DNA of 64,000 nucleotides from Thalassotalea insulae (GTDB lineage: Bacteria; Pseudomonadota; Gammaproteobacteria; Enterobacterales; Alteromonadaceae): contig NZ_BSST01000001.1 of NCBI RefSeq assembly GCF_030161395.1, forward strand, positions 564,109 to 628,108, given 5' to 3'. How positions within the stretch are numbered: the first letter of the stretch is position 1; each line of letters opens with the position of its first letter. The notes beneath the pieces are model-generated. The model did not search any database, had not been told where the DNA came from, and was given only the letters and a program-made list of their open reading frames with translations. The position numbers and the translations under genes were made by a program. Below, one piece after another: positions 11,073 through 21,287 of this stretch.

Positions 11073-12122
11073 ATGGCATACTGGATAGCAAGTTCACCTC
11101 ATGATCACCAGCAGACTAAAACCTCAGCGTTAATGCGTTTAGTCATTTATGCGGCAATTCCCGGCATTCTTACCCAATGGTATTTTTTCGGCTGGGGTAA
11201 TCTCATTCATATTAGTTTGGCGATAATCACCGCAATTATTGCGGAATTTACCGTATTATCGCTGCGAGAAAAAAAGGTCTCGGAACAGCTATTTGATGGT
11301 AGTGCGTTATTAACCGCAGTTTTACTCGGTGTTAGTTTACCGGCCTTAGCACCCTGGTGGATTTCTGTGCTCGGTACTCTGTTCGCTATCGTCATAGTGA
11401 AACAATTATACGGTGGCCTTGGTCATAACCCGTTTAACCCGGCAATGGCAGCCTATGTAATGTTGCTAATTTCGTTCCCGGTACAAATGACCTCATGGCA
11501 ACCACCGCTGGAATTAATGGCATTACCACTTGATTTTGCCAATACGCTGTCAGTAATTTTTACCCAGTTTACCTTTGACGGTTATTCAATTGAACAACTC
11601 AGAACGCATGTTGATGGTTTTACTATGGCAACACCGTTAGATACAGTCAAAACTAACCTGACCTTAGGATTAACCATTGCTGAAAGTATGAATAACCCGG
11701 TTATCGGTCACTACGTAGGTGAAGGCTGGCAATGGATAAACCTAGCCTTTTTACTCGGCGGATTATTTTTAATCGGCAAAAAAGCTATCCCGGCAGTAAC
11801 CCCATTTAGCTTTTTATTTAGCTTATTTATCTGCTCATTTATTGCCTACTCTATCAGCCCTGACACTAATGCCTCGACATTATTTCACTGGTTTAATGGC
11901 GCCTGTATGCTCGGAGCCTTTTTCATCATAACCGACCCTGTATCCGGAGCAACCAGCGTCAAAGGACGAATAATATTTGGTGCGCTGGCTGGTTTTTTAG
12001 TATTTATTATTCGCAAATTCGGTGGTTATCCTGACGCAGTAGCCTTTTCAGTATTGCTCTGTAATATGGCAGCACCACTGATTGACCAATACACCCGCCC
12101 CCGCACCTATGGTCACTCTTAA
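11073..12122 (+). CDS. rnfD: electron transport complex subunit RnfD (RsxD)
   Basis: 349-aa polytopic membrane protein, NqrB/RnfD family features (FMN attachment region …SGATS…), position in cluster. Confidence 0.9.
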   Translation: MAYWIASSPHDHQQTKTSALMRLVIYAAIPGILTQWYFFGWGNLIHISLAIITAIIAEFTVLSLREKKVSEQLFDGSALLTAVLLGVSLPALAPWWISVLGTLFAIVIVKQLYGGLGHNPFNPAMAAYVMLLISFPVQMTSWQPPLELMALPLDFANTLSVIFTQFTFDGYSIEQLRTHVDGFTMATPLDTVKTNLTLGLTIAESMNNPVIGHYVGEGWQWINLAFLLGGLFLIGKKAIPAVTPFSFLFSLFICSFIAYSISPDTNASTLFHWFNGACMLGAFFIITDPVSGATSVKGRIIFGALAGFLVFIIRKFGGYPDAVAFSVLLCNMAAPLIDQYTRPRTYGHS

Positions 12123-12133
12123 GGAATTACGTT

Positions 12134-12763
12134 ATGCGTGAAGCGATTGAAAAAAATGCCAAATTACTCGCGTTGTTTGCTATTGCCTGTACTGCGGTAG
12201 TTGGCCTAGTGCACATGTTAACTAAAGACAGAATTGTCGCGCAGCAACAACAGCAATTAATTAATACCTTAAACAGCTTGATCCCACCAGAAAGTCATAA
12301 TAATGAAATCAGCCAGTCCTGCTTTATCGTGCAAGATGAGTTGCTGGGAGGCTATCAACAAAAAGTCTATTTAGCGACAGAGAATGAACAACCTGTCGCC
12401 GCGGCAATCACCGCCACTGCGCCGGATGGTTATAACGGCAATATCGAATTACTGGTGGCGGTTAAACTCGATGGCAGTGTCAGCGGTGTCAGAACATTAA
12501 AACATCAAGAAACCCCTGGCTTGGGTGATAAAATAGAATTAAGAAAAAGTCACTGGATTTTAAGTTTTACCGGCAAGAAAATTCGCGGCGAGCAAGATAA
12601 TCGCTGGGCTGTTGCCAAAGATGGTGGTATGTTCGATCAATTTACTGGCGCTACCATTACCCCACGTGCCGTAGTCAAAGCAGTAAAAAGTACGGTAGAT
12701 TACTTTAATCTCCATAAAGATGAATTATTTCAGCACGATGCCAATTGTCAGGGGGCTAAATGA
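12134..12763 (+). CDS. rnfG: electron transport complex subunit RnfG (RsxG), FMN-binding
   Basis: 209 aa, N-terminal anchor, FMN-binding motif (…[11 protein letters not shown]…); between rnfD and rnfE. Confidence 0.85.
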   Translation: MREAIEKNAKLLALFAIACTAVVGLVHMLTKDRIVAQQQQQLINTLNSLIPPESHNNEISQSCFIVQDELLGGYQQKVYLATENEQPVAAAITATAPDGYNGNIELLVAVKLDGSVSGVRTLKHQETPGLGDKIELRKSHWILSFTGKKIRGEQDNRWAVAKDGGMFDQFTGATITPRAVVKAVKSTVDYFNLHKDELFQHDANCQGAK

Positions 12764-13464
12764 AGATCCCAAATGAATACAAAGAATTAACTTGGCAAGG
12801 ATTATGGAAAAATAATCCTGGCCTGGTACAGCTTCTTGGTTTATGTCCGTTATTGGCGGTGACCTCAACGGTAGTTAACGCCTTAGGGCTAGGCTTAGCA
12901 ACCATGTTTGTTTTGATTTGCTCAAACGCCACTGTGTCAGCCATTCAGCAATGGGTGCCGAAAGAAATCCGCATTCCGATATTCGTTTTGATCATTGCTG
13001 CCTTTGTTACCTGCGTGCAATTATTAATGAATGCCTTTACCTATGGCTTATATGAATCCTTAGGGATATTCTTGCCGCTAATTGTCACTAACTGTGCCAT
13101 TATCGGCCGCGCTGAAGCCTATGCGTCAAAAAATCCAGTCAAACAAGCAAGTTTTGATGGTTTTATGATGGGGTTAGGTTTTTTATTCGTATTATTAACC
13201 TTAGGCGCAATCCGCGAAGTGCTGGGACAAGGCACCCTATTTGACGGAGCTCAACTGTTATTAGGTGACTGGGCAGCTGGTATGCGTATTGAAGTAATGC
13301 AGCTCGATAATCAGTTTTTATTAGCGATACTGCCGCCTGGTGCCTTTATCGCCATGGGCTTTTTGATTGCGGCAAAAAATAAAATCGACGCCAAACTGGC
13401 AGAGCATCAACCAAAAGAACCTGAGAGCCAAATAGAACGGGTCAGAGTCAACTTTGACAGTTAA
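12760..13464 (+). CDS. rnfE: electron transport complex subunit RnfE (RsxE)
   Basis: 234-aa membrane protein paralogous to RnfA ([11 protein letters not shown]…); overlaps rnfG by 4 nt. Confidence 0.9.
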   Translation: MKIPNEYKELTWQGLWKNNPGLVQLLGLCPLLAVTSTVVNALGLGLATMFVLICSNATVSAIQQWVPKEIRIPIFVLIIAAFVTCVQLLMNAFTYGLYESLGIFLPLIVTNCAIIGRAEAYASKNPVKQASFDGFMMGLGFLFVLLTLGAIREVLGQGTLFDGAQLLLGDWAAGMRIEVMQLDNQFLLAILPPGAFIAMGFLIAAKNKIDAKLAEHQPKEPESQIERVRVNFDS

Positions 13465-13478
13465 TTAGCTAAAAATTT

Positions 13479-14111
13479 ATGAATAAAGAAAAACGAATAG
13501 AAATTCTTACGCGATTAAGAGATGACAACCCACACCCAACGACAGAGCTTAACTTTAATTCGCCATTTGAGTTATTGATTGCAGTATTGCTTTCGGCACA
13601 GGCGACCGACGTTAGCGTTAATAAAGCAACCGGACCACTATTTGCCGTAGCCAATACCCCACAGGCAATACTCGATTTAGGCGTGGACAAGTTAAAAGAC
13701 TACATTAAAACCATCGGCCTATTTAATACCAAGGCAGAAAACACCATCAAGACCTGTCAGATGCTGGTGGATTTACACGGCGGCGAAGTACCGGAAGACA
13801 GAGCCGCATTAGAGGCCTTGCCTGGTGTTGGTCGTAAAACAGCCAACGTTGTTTTAAATACTGCCTTTGGCTGGCCGACCATAGCCGTTGATACGCATAT
13901 CGACCGGGTCTCCAACCGCACTAAATTCGCCCCCGGCAAAAACGTCAAAGAAGTGGAACAAAAGCTACTTAAAGTGGTACCAAAAGAATTTAAAGTCGAT
14001 GTCCATCACTGGCTGATTCTTCATGGCCGTTACGTTTGTGTTGCCCGTAAACCAAAGTGTGGTGCTTGTTTAATTGAAGATCTGTGTGAGTTTAAAGAGA
14101 AAACAGAGTAG
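13479..14111 (+). CDS. nth: endonuclease III
   Basis: 210 aa, HhH-GPD fold, C-terminal 4Fe-4S motif C-x6-C-x2-C-x5-C (CVARKPKCGACLIEDLC); conserved position after rnfE. Confidence 0.9.
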   Translation: MNKEKRIEILTRLRDDNPHPTTELNFNSPFELLIAVLLSAQATDVSVNKATGPLFAVANTPQAILDLGVDKLKDYIKTIGLFNTKAENTIKTCQMLVDLHGGEVPEDRAALEALPGVGRKTANVVLNTAFGWPTIAVDTHIDRVSNRTKFAPGKNVKEVEQKLLKVVPKEFKVDVHHWLILHGRYVCVARKPKCGACLIEDLCEFKEKTE

Positions 14112-14177
14112 CCAAAGGCTGTTTTGAACTTAACGGAAGTACCTCTCTCAATTTAATTATGTATCCGGCAGTAATGA

Positions 14178-15402
14178 GCTGTGAGGTCAACTGATGGACG
14201 CAACACATTGATTAAATCTTTCTGCTGGTGATTCATAGTTTAGCGTCTTTCTCGGCCTTTCGTTTAACTGTCTAGCTACCTGACTCAATTTTTGTTGGTT
14301 ATGCACACTCAAGTCACTACCCTTTGGGAAGTATTGTCTAAGTAACCTATTGGTATTTTCATTAGAGCCACGCTGCCAAGGTGATTTAGGATCACATAAG
14401 TAAATTTGTATATCTGTGGCTAGCGTGAAGTCTTTATGATTGGTCATTTCTGAGCCTCTATCCCAAGTGAGTGTTTTATATAGCTCAGCAGGTAACTTAT
14501 GTGCTTGTTTAATCAGTGCGGAAATAACTGTAGCCGTTTTATTGTCATATACTTTTGCCAACATCACATAACGTGAATGACGCTCCACGAGCGCCGCAAT
14601 AAACGTATTATTACAGCCTTGTATTAAATCGCCTTCCCAATGACCAGGTATTGCTCTATCTTCTACTTCTGCTGGGCGCTCACTAATTGAAACAGCATCA
14701 TTGATCCTTCCTATCCCTTTACCTTTTAATGAGGTTGTTCTCGATTTTCTAACAACACGTTTAGTTCTCAAGCACTTTTGAAGCTCCTTTTTCAAAGCAC
14801 CTCTCGTTTGAATATATAACGTTTTATAAATCGTTTCGTGCGACACCTGCATTTCCTGATTGTTTGCATAGGTTCGTTTTAGCCAACCTGATATTTGCTG
14901 TGGAGACCATGCACGTTTTAATTTTTGAGCGATGACATAACACAAGTCAGGATTACCTTTAAGCATACACTCCTTTGGCCTTTTGGTATTCTCCCATGCT
15001 GCTGCATCAGCTTTATTTGCCCTATAGTGCTCTAAGCCACCACTTCTTTTAACTTCGCGACTAATAGTGGGAGGTGCTCTAGAAAGTTTTCGACTTATTT
15101 CTCTTAAAGATAAATTAGCAGCTAGCCCTCTAGATATTTCTTCTCGTTCGCTCAATGATAATGAGGTGGGATGTCTTTTCCGTTCAGGAGGTCTAAACCC
15201 TCCTGTATTGTATATCGTAGGCATGATTGAAGAGTGATAACGATCAAACATGCGGGCAATATCATGAAGAGAATCACCTTGTTTGTAACGATCCCATATT
15301 AATGCTTTTTGTTGAGGTGAATAGTAAATTCGTTTTCTTTGTTTCATAGCAACGTACCCCTTGTTTAAGGATAGCGTTGCATCGACCAATTGATCTCACA
15401 GC
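14178..15402 (-). mobile_element. IS30-family insertion sequence (about 1.2 kb) with imperfect terminal inverted repeats
   Basis: Single 400-aa IS30-type transposase. Left end gctgtgaggtcaactgatggacgcaaca and reverse complement of right end gctgtgagatcaattggtcgatgcaacgc match as terminal IRs. Inserted 67 bp downstream of nth. Confidence 0.8.
14187..15389 (-). CDS. IS30-family transposase
   Basis: 400 aa; N-terminal HTH, DDE catalytic region (…HWEGDLI…), typical IS30 transposase architecture. Confidence 0.85.
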   Translation of the reverse strand: MVDATLSLNKGYVAMKQRKRIYYSPQQKALIWDRYKQGDSLHDIARMFDRYHSSIMPTIYNTGGFRPPERKRHPTSLSLSEREEISRGLAANLSLREISRKLSRAPPTISREVKRSGGLEHYRANKADAAAWENTKRPKECMLKGNPDLCYVIAQKLKRAWSPQQISGWLKRTYANNQEMQVSHETIYKTLYIQTRGALKKELQKCLRTKRVVRKSRTTSLKGKGIGRINDAVSISERPAEVEDRAIPGHWEGDLIQGCNNTFIAALVERHSRYVMLAKVYDNKTATVISALIKQAHKLPAELYKTLTWDRGSEMTNHKDFTLATDIQIYLCDPKSPWQRGSNENTNRLLRQYFPKGSDLSVHNQQKLSQVARQLNERPRKTLNYESPAERFNQCVASIS

Positions 15403-15572
15403 GAAAAGCAGACCTTGGCATTACCATTCAATTGCTTGTTCCAAACATCCAAATTTTCCAAATAAAAGCCTCATATGTAATAACTTCCAAACGGGGCTTT
15501 GTATTTATGTTATTTTTAATTTATTGTCTGATTTGCAAAGCAAAAATACTATTTAGGGAAATACCTAGCTTT

Positions 15573-16037
15573 ATGGACAAAACAACACCTTCAATTTTCT
15601 TGCTGATAGGTCTATTTTTACTATCTGTAAATGTTTCTGCTTTCTATTCAGATTTTGAGCCTTTAACGAGTAAAGCCAAGAATGCAGCACCTAATCATTC
15701 AGTCTGGCAAACTCAAGGTTATGGATACATATTAGAAGTCATCGGCGAAGATATACGTTTTTACGATATTACAAAGCACCATTGCATACTCAATACTGTC
15801 GAAACAGGTGAATATCCTAGTCGTAACTTGATTGTAGAGGGTGACTTTGCTGAATTAGATTGGTATACGATACATCCTGTAAAACTAAAAAGGTTGAGCC
15901 GTTTACCTCCATTATGTAAGCAGAGCCTACAGCCTAATGCAGATACTCAAAATATAAAGTTCTCCGCCCCAGAAGTGTTTGATATTTTGTGGTTTACCTT
16001 TGCAGAAAACTTTGCTTTTAACGAAGAGCTTAATTGA
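15573..16037 (+). CDS. N-terminal, signal-peptide-bearing portion of an S41-family peptidase-like protein (probably split from next ORF)
   Basis: The ORF track opens at 15390 but the first ATG is at 15573 (MDKTTPSIFLLIGLFLLSVNVSA, cleavable signal peptide). Ends 4 nt after the next ORF opens in another frame. Confidence 0.4.
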   Translation: MDKTTPSIFLLIGLFLLSVNVSAFYSDFEPLTSKAKNAAPNHSVWQTQGYGYILEVIGEDIRFYDITKHHCILNTVETGEYPSRNLIVEGDFAELDWYTIHPVKLKRLSRLPPLCKQSLQPNADTQNIKFSAPEVFDILWFTFAENFAFNEELN

Positions 16038-16993
16038 AACGGCATACCAACTATAAAACTTGGCGAAATAAAATTTCAGATAGTATGAGCGAATCAGCAT
16101 TGGCTGAGGTAATTAAGGAACTCATAGATGAACTAGGTGACGCTCATGCATATGTAGAATCAGATGATGACAGCTTCTTTGCTATGAACAACATTAAATG
16201 GGAACAGTTCAAGAGTAGGATGATTAAGGAAGGGTTTTCACAACAGACTGAGTTTTTATCCTTTCATGATTTTTTTCAAGCACTTAACAAAAAACGCAAC
16301 AAAATAATTTCAAGCTATTTAGACAAAAAGCACCCGCCGCTGAAATTAAACCGCAGCTTACTATGGGCTTCACTTCCCCATGAAATAAACTACTTAAGTA
16401 TTGATGATATGAGTGAATATACTGCTGAAGAGACTATTCAAGCGGATATAAAAGAAGTAGACAGAGCGATACAGTATATTATGCCTATGCTCACGAATGC
16501 CAAAGGCCTAGTAATCGATTTACGCTGGAATAGTGGAGGATACGACATTGTTTCACTAAGATTGTTATCCTATTTTATTGATAAACCATTGCTGGTTGGC
16601 AGTAAATCGTACCGAACTGAAAATGGCTTTAGCAAACCCGAAAGTATTATTGTTCATCCCGCAACATTTGACCGTTACTTAGGGTCTATTGTAGTGCTTA
16701 CCAGTGGTATAACCATGAGTGCTGCTGAATCATTCTTACTTGGTCTTGCTGCCAGAGAACAAGTTACCATCATTGGAGAGCCATCTAATGGCGGTTTTAG
16801 TGATTCACTTCCTAAGCAACTCCCAAATGGCTGGTCGTTTACGTTATCTAATGAGCGTTATTTTGACTCAAATGGCGAAAATTATGAATATCGTGGTTAC
16901 CCAGTAGAGAAGAACTTTGAATATTTAAACGCATCAGATTTAAAGGGCAAGAAAGATAGTGCGCTCATTGAAGCAATGAAAATTCTTAAGTAA
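16034..16993 (+). CDS. S41-family (C-terminal processing / tail-specific type) serine peptidase catalytic domain
   Basis: LVIDLRWNSGGY… and TSGITMSAAESF (G-x-S-x-S-A-x-E nucleophile motif) typical of peptidase S41. The ORF opens with TTG, and the first ATG is at about 16085. Confidence 0.6.
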   Translation: MKRHTNYKTWRNKISDSMSESALAEVIKELIDELGDAHAYVESDDDSFFAMNNIKWEQFKSRMIKEGFSQQTEFLSFHDFFQALNKKRNKIISSYLDKKHPPLKLNRSLLWASLPHEINYLSIDDMSEYTAEETIQADIKEVDRAIQYIMPMLTNAKGLVIDLRWNSGGYDIVSLRLLSYFIDKPLLVGSKSYRTENGFSKPESIIVHPATFDRYLGSIVVLTSGITMSAAESFLLGLAAREQVTIIGEPSNGGFSDSLPKQLPNGWSFTLSNERYFDSNGENYEYRGYPVEKNFEYLNASDLKGKKDSALIEAMKILK

Positions 16994-17154
16994 AGCTTTT
17001 ACTGAAGTGAGTATTGCAATTGCTCTATCATCCGCTTTTGGCAACAAAGCAGATCAATCATATCAGCCTCTAATTAGGTGGCCAAATTCGTTATACCACT
17101 ACAGCTGAAATCAATGCGATGGTCGTGGCTTAAACCGATCTCAGGTTAAAGAGT

Positions 17155-17186
17155 AAACAAAAAAGGCGCCGATGGGCGCTTTTTGA
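17155..17186. terminator. bidirectional intrinsic terminator between convergent S41-peptidase and DUF1330 genes
   Basis: aaaaaaGGCGCCgatgGGCGCtttttg: GC stem flanked by A-tract and T-tract. Confidence 0.5.
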
Positions 17187-17223
17187 TTCTGTGGTGAGTA
17201 GAGAAGCTGACTGACTAAATGAC

Positions 17224-17532
17224 TTAAGGGTTCTCCTGCGCACCGATAAAGACTGCGCTGAATTCACCTGCGGACATTCTTAACGCCTTTAGCGGGGCGT
17301 ATTCTTCGGAGTCGTACCAAGCGTTGGCTGCTTCCATTGTTGGAAATTTAATGATAACAGGCATGACTGGCGACCAGCTTCCCTCTTTTATTTGGCTATT
17401 GCCACCCATCACAACGTACTCTCCACCAAATGATTGGGTAATGGGTTGAACTTTCTCTACATACTCGGCCATCTTGCCTGGGTCTGTAATATTAATATTC
17501 TGGAATAAACAGTAAGCGGACATATTTTTCAC
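17224..17532 (-). CDS. DUF1330 family protein
   Basis: 102 aa; MSAYCLFQ…AWYDSEEYAPLKALRMSAG… matches the DUF1330 pattern; divergent from the LysR gene. Confidence 0.6.
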   Translation of the reverse strand: MKNMSAYCLFQNINITDPGKMAEYVEKVQPITQSFGGEYVVMGGNSQIKEGSWSPVMPVIIKFPTMEAANAWYDSEEYAPLKALRMSAGEFSAVFIGAQENP

Positions 17533-17715
17533 CTTTAAATTGCAAATTGATTAACTCGGGCATGCATGGTTAAAGGTACACGCCCACTAATAAAACAGGT
17601 TTTGCTGGTTAAGGCTGCGCCTGTTTGTTGAGTATTAACAATATATCGCTTTCTAATATAGAAAAAAATATATAAGATTATGAATTCTTTTTTCTAAAAA
17701 TTAGAAAGATAAGGT

Positions 17716-18639
17716 ATGAATCGCTTCGCAGAGATGAAAACGTTTGTCAATGTTATTGAGTCTGGATCACTTTCTGCGGCCGCAGATCAATTGGGTGTTG
17801 CAGTCTCGGCAGTCAGTCGTCGTATAAAGGAGCTAGAGGAGCGCCTTGGTGTTCGTTTGGCAAATCGATCCACTCGTGGCTTGTCGCCGACCCCTTTAGG
17901 GCAAGCTTATTATGAACGGTGCGTTTATATATTGTCAGAGTTGGAAAACGCAGATTCATTAATCGGTAATAATGTCGATAAATTACATGGCAAAACACGG
18001 TTCTCAATTCCACAAGAGCTAGGTAAAGAATTTGTAGTGCCTATCGTTATTGAGTTCGCAAAATCACACCCAGATTCTGTGTTGGATATTATGTTAAGTG
18101 ACCGAGAGGTTGATCTGGTCACGGAAAGTTATGACTTTGCCATTCGAATTGGAGCGCCGCAGGATACAAATTTAAATACCGTGAAAGTCGGTGAAATAAG
18201 CTACTCAGTTGCGGCTAGCCCTGGTTTTTGGGAGCAGTATGGTCATCCAGAGACACCTATGGATCTAGAAGGGATGCCGTTATTAGCCTATAGAGCGGCG
18301 ATGATGCAGGGTAAGTTGTTTTATGAGCATCAAGCTCAAAGTCACTTCGTAAGATTAAAGCCTCGAATTTTATCTAATAGTGGAAAGTGTTTGATTCAGG
18401 CTGCTATTGCTGGCTTGGGAATCTGTCTAGAACCTGATTTTATGTTGGCTCCAGCTCTGCAAAGTGGACAGCTTGAATCGGTTTTAAGCCATTGCTCCTG
18501 GTTTAGACGAGAGGTGTACGTGGTTAGTTCGAAAGGAAGGCCTATGTCAATTTTAGCCCAACGACTTATTGATAAGATCACCGAACGATTAGCAGTGCAA
18601 AATTTTTCCAATCACAGTTGTTCGGAATTGAACAACTAA
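17716..18639 (+). CDS. LysR-family transcriptional regulator
   Basis: 307 aa; N-terminal HTH (…LSAAADQLGVAVSAVSRRIKELEERLGVRL…) plus periplasmic-binding-like effector domain; classic divergent arrangement. Confidence 0.85.
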   Translation: MNRFAEMKTFVNVIESGSLSAAADQLGVAVSAVSRRIKELEERLGVRLANRSTRGLSPTPLGQAYYERCVYILSELENADSLIGNNVDKLHGKTRFSIPQELGKEFVVPIVIEFAKSHPDSVLDIMLSDREVDLVTESYDFAIRIGAPQDTNLNTVKVGEISYSVAASPGFWEQYGHPETPMDLEGMPLLAYRAAMMQGKLFYEHQAQSHFVRLKPRILSNSGKCLIQAAIAGLGICLEPDFMLAPALQSGQLESVLSHCSWFRREVYVVSSKGRPMSILAQRLIDKITERLAVQNFSNHSCSELNN

Positions 18640-18850
18640 CAGGCGAGTTAATCAATTAACCACTGTCAGGGGATTTCTTTATGATTCATCTCATTAAGGT
18701 TCAAATAAAGCTCAATGGATGAAAGCAAAAACAGTGTAGAATAATCTTGAAAATTTGATGTCCAGATTACCGAAGAATTAATCTACTCCGCCCCCTTTTT
18801 CCCATAAAAGAAACAAAACCCCCTTGATCTTCCCCCAATTTTGTAGACTT

Positions 18851-19663
18851 CTAGCTTCCAGTTAAATACTGTTTTTCATACTCTTCGGGAGACACATGGC
18901 CAAGGTGGCTATGTAATCGCTTACGATTGTAGAACATTTCAATGTAATCAAACAAATCTGCTCTAGCATCATTACGAGTCTCGTACACTTTTCGTTTAAC
19001 ACGCTCAGTTTTAAGTGAGTGAAAAAAGCTTTCTGCTACCGCATTATCTAAGCAATGTCCTCGGCGACTCATACTCGGTACTAGGTTGTTTGCCGTTAAG
19101 AATTCACGGTAATCACAGCTCGCGTATTGGCTGCCTTGGTCGCTGTGAACTATTACTTCATGTTTTGGGTTCCTGCGCCAAACAGCCATTAATAGTGCTT
19201 TGATCACTATATCTTTACTCATGTTCGGTTGCATCGACCAACCAATGATTTTTCGCGAGAATAAATCAAGTACTACAGCAAGGTACAGCCAGCCTTCATA
19301 GGTTTTGATATAGGTAATATCGGCTACCCAAGCCGTATCTGGCTCACTAACAACAAACTGTTGTTGAAGGTGATTGTCTGCTATTAATGCGGGCACAGTT
19401 GACTTGAAGTATCGCCTTTTATATCCAATATTAGCTTTTAGCTTGGCTTGCTTCATTAGACGAGCTACACGGTTTTCACCGCACGTTTCTCCCTTACGGC
19501 GTAATTCATGCGTAATACGTGGACTGCCATAAACACCACCACTCTCAACATAGCTTGCCTTGATGCGCTCAAGCAGCCTCTGGTTCTCTTGCTCACGTTT
19601 AGATAGTGGTTGTTTGAGCCAAGCATAGAAGCCACTACGGTGAACATTTAATGCCTGACACAT
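18851..19663 (-). CDS. IS3-family transposase OrfB (integrase catalytic core)
   Basis: 270 aa from the first ATG. The frame stays open upstream through the overlap with orfA. DDE rve-type domain (…HSDQGSQY…). Confidence 0.85.
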   Translation of the reverse strand: MCQALNVHRSGFYAWLKQPLSKREQENQRLLERIKASYVESGGVYGSPRITHELRRKGETCGENRVARLMKQAKLKANIGYKRRYFKSTVPALIADNHLQQQFVVSEPDTAWVADITYIKTYEGWLYLAVVLDLFSRKIIGWSMQPNMSKDIVIKALLMAVWRRNPKHEVIVHSDQGSQYASCDYREFLTANNLVPSMSRRGHCLDNAVAESFFHSLKTERVKRKVYETRNDARADLFDYIEMFYNRKRLHSHLGHVSPEEYEKQYLTGS

Positions 19664-19695
19664 TGCTTTGACGCGGTAGACTTCGAGTCGTGATT

Positions 19696-19992
19696 TTATG
19701 AACGCGTATCTTTCCTTGACTCGCTTGCAAAGAACGCGGCGGCTTCCTTTAATATATTCCGCTCTTCAGTCACGCGTTTTAACTCAGCTTTTAGCTTGCG
19801 GATTTCTTCCTGCTCTGCTGACTTCTTGGCTGGTACTTTAGTTTTCTTGACCCAGTAATACAGGGACTTATCGGAAATGCCTAATCGCTTGGCAACATCG
19901 GGCACAGAATAGCCTTTATCAACCACTTGACGAACAGCTTCGTCTTTAAATTCTTGGGGATATTTATTATTACTCATAACATCTCTCATCAT
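19696..19992 (-). CDS. IS3-family transposase OrfA (HTH)
   Basis: 98 aa, …YSVPDVAKRLGISDKSLYYWVKK… HTH followed by leucine-zipper-like region; orfB frame is -1 relative. Confidence 0.85.
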   Translation of the reverse strand: MMRDVMSNNKYPQEFKDEAVRQVVDKGYSVPDVAKRLGISDKSLYYWVKKTKVPAKKSAEQEEIRKLKAELKRVTEERNILKEAAAFFASESRKDTRS

Positions 19993-20170
19993 ACTTCATT
20001 TTCTAAATAAAAGATGTCTACAGTGTTAGGGGAAGATCAAATAATTAAAACCATTAATTCTGAATATAATCAATTGAATTATTAAGGTTTTCTGGTATTT
20101 TAAAGAGAAATTCGTAAGTTGACATTACTGAGAATGTCTACTTAATAAATTGTTATAAATAATCTCACAT

Positions 20171-20752
20171 TTGGAGTCTCTATCAACTATGAAATGTTCT
20201 GTTTATATTGCAACAAGTGCCGATGGTTATATTGCAACATTAGATGGTGACGTTGACTGGCTACATACAGCAGGAAATACAAATGCTGATATGAGTAAAA
20301 ATCCTGATATGGGATTCAATGATTTTATAGCTTCAGTTGATTGCATGATTATGGGGCGTAAATGCATGGAAGTAATTTCCAGCTTTAATTTAACTCCAGA
20401 TCAGTGGCCTTATGGCGATATAAAGATCTACGTGTTAAGTAATTCAATGAAAGAGCCTCCTGAAAACCTACGTGGCAAAGTCGAAATGTATTCAGGTGAT
20501 ATCACAAAACTAATGAATACTCTTGAAGGTAACGGTTTTAAACATGCCTATATTGACGGCGGTGCAACTATTACCTCTTTTATTAACCTTCAACTAATTA
20601 ATGAAATGATAATCACGAAAGCACCTGTTATTTTGGGAGAGGGAATTCCTCTTTTTGGTAAAATCAATAATACTATCAAACTTGTAGATGCAATCGCGGA
20701 TGCATTCCCTAATGACTTTATTCAAGTTAAGTATGGTGTCAATTACTTATAA
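20171..20752 (+). CDS. dihydrofolate reductase-like (RibD C-terminal domain) family protein
   Basis: 193 aa; MKCSVYIATSADGYIATLDGDVDWL… typical of the RibD_C/DHFR-like family. Confidence 0.6.
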   Translation: MESLSTMKCSVYIATSADGYIATLDGDVDWLHTAGNTNADMSKNPDMGFNDFIASVDCMIMGRKCMEVISSFNLTPDQWPYGDIKIYVLSNSMKEPPENLRGKVEMYSGDITKLMNTLEGNGFKHAYIDGGATITSFINLQLINEMIITKAPVILGEGIPLFGKINNTIKLVDAIADAFPNDFIQVKYGVNYL

Positions 20753-20896
20753 CAGGCCATTGCAGCGTAGGACTTTGAACAGTTGACTCCCCTCACTGCG
20801 TTCGTAGTTTTAGCTCGCTTATTAAAAGTTCCCAATTGGGACATTATGCGAAGATAAAATTAAACTCCTTGACAAATCACTGTACGTAAAATAACC

Positions 20897-20922
20897 TATA
20901 CTTCGTTACTTAGCGAAGTATA
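20897..20922. promoter_or_regulatory. perfect 9-bp inverted repeat (tatacttcg-N8-cgaagtata) upstream of ArsR-family gene; candidate operator
   Basis: Palindrome seen directly in the sequence, 23 bp upstream of the ATG at 20945. Confidence 0.35.
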
Positions 20923-20944
20923 AAACATTTAAATAGGAAGTTTC

Positions 20945-21229
20945 ATGCTCGAAAATCAGCAACTAATTAGCTTTTTCAAGGCGTTAGCTAGTGAAAAACG
21001 GCAGGAGATATTGATCCAAATATTTCTTGATGGTAAATCGCATTCTGTTTCTGAAGTTGCAGAAAGAGCAAATATCGCACTTTCCACAGCATCAACTCAT
21101 TTAACTATCTTGAAGCGAGAAAAAATTCTGGTTTCAGAAAAAATAGGAAAAGATGTGTTGTACCAAGGAAACAAGAAATACTTGGCAAATGTTTTTCAAG
21201 CGCTTGCAGAAAAATTTAGTTGTTGCTGA
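20945..21229 (+). CDS. ArsR/SmtB-family transcriptional regulator
   Basis: 94 aa; winged-HTH (…SEVAERANIALSTASTHLTILKREKILVSEKIGKDVLY…). Confidence 0.7.
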   Translation: MLENQQLISFFKALASEKRQEILIQIFLDGKSHSVSEVAERANIALSTASTHLTILKREKILVSEKIGKDVLYQGNKKYLANVFQALAEKFSCC

Positions 21230-21287
21230 TTGTAAATCAGTTTAACGCTCAACACTTCGTTAATTCACTAATTATAGGAGTAATATA

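Larger units (their letters stand above)
18825..20039 (-). mobile_element. IS3-family insertion sequence (1215 bp), TG…CA termini with about 24-bp inverted repeats
   Basis: Left end tgatcttcccccaattttgtagac and reverse complement of right end tgatcttcccctaacactgtagac; contains orfA and orfB in -1 frame relationship. Confidence 0.8.
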
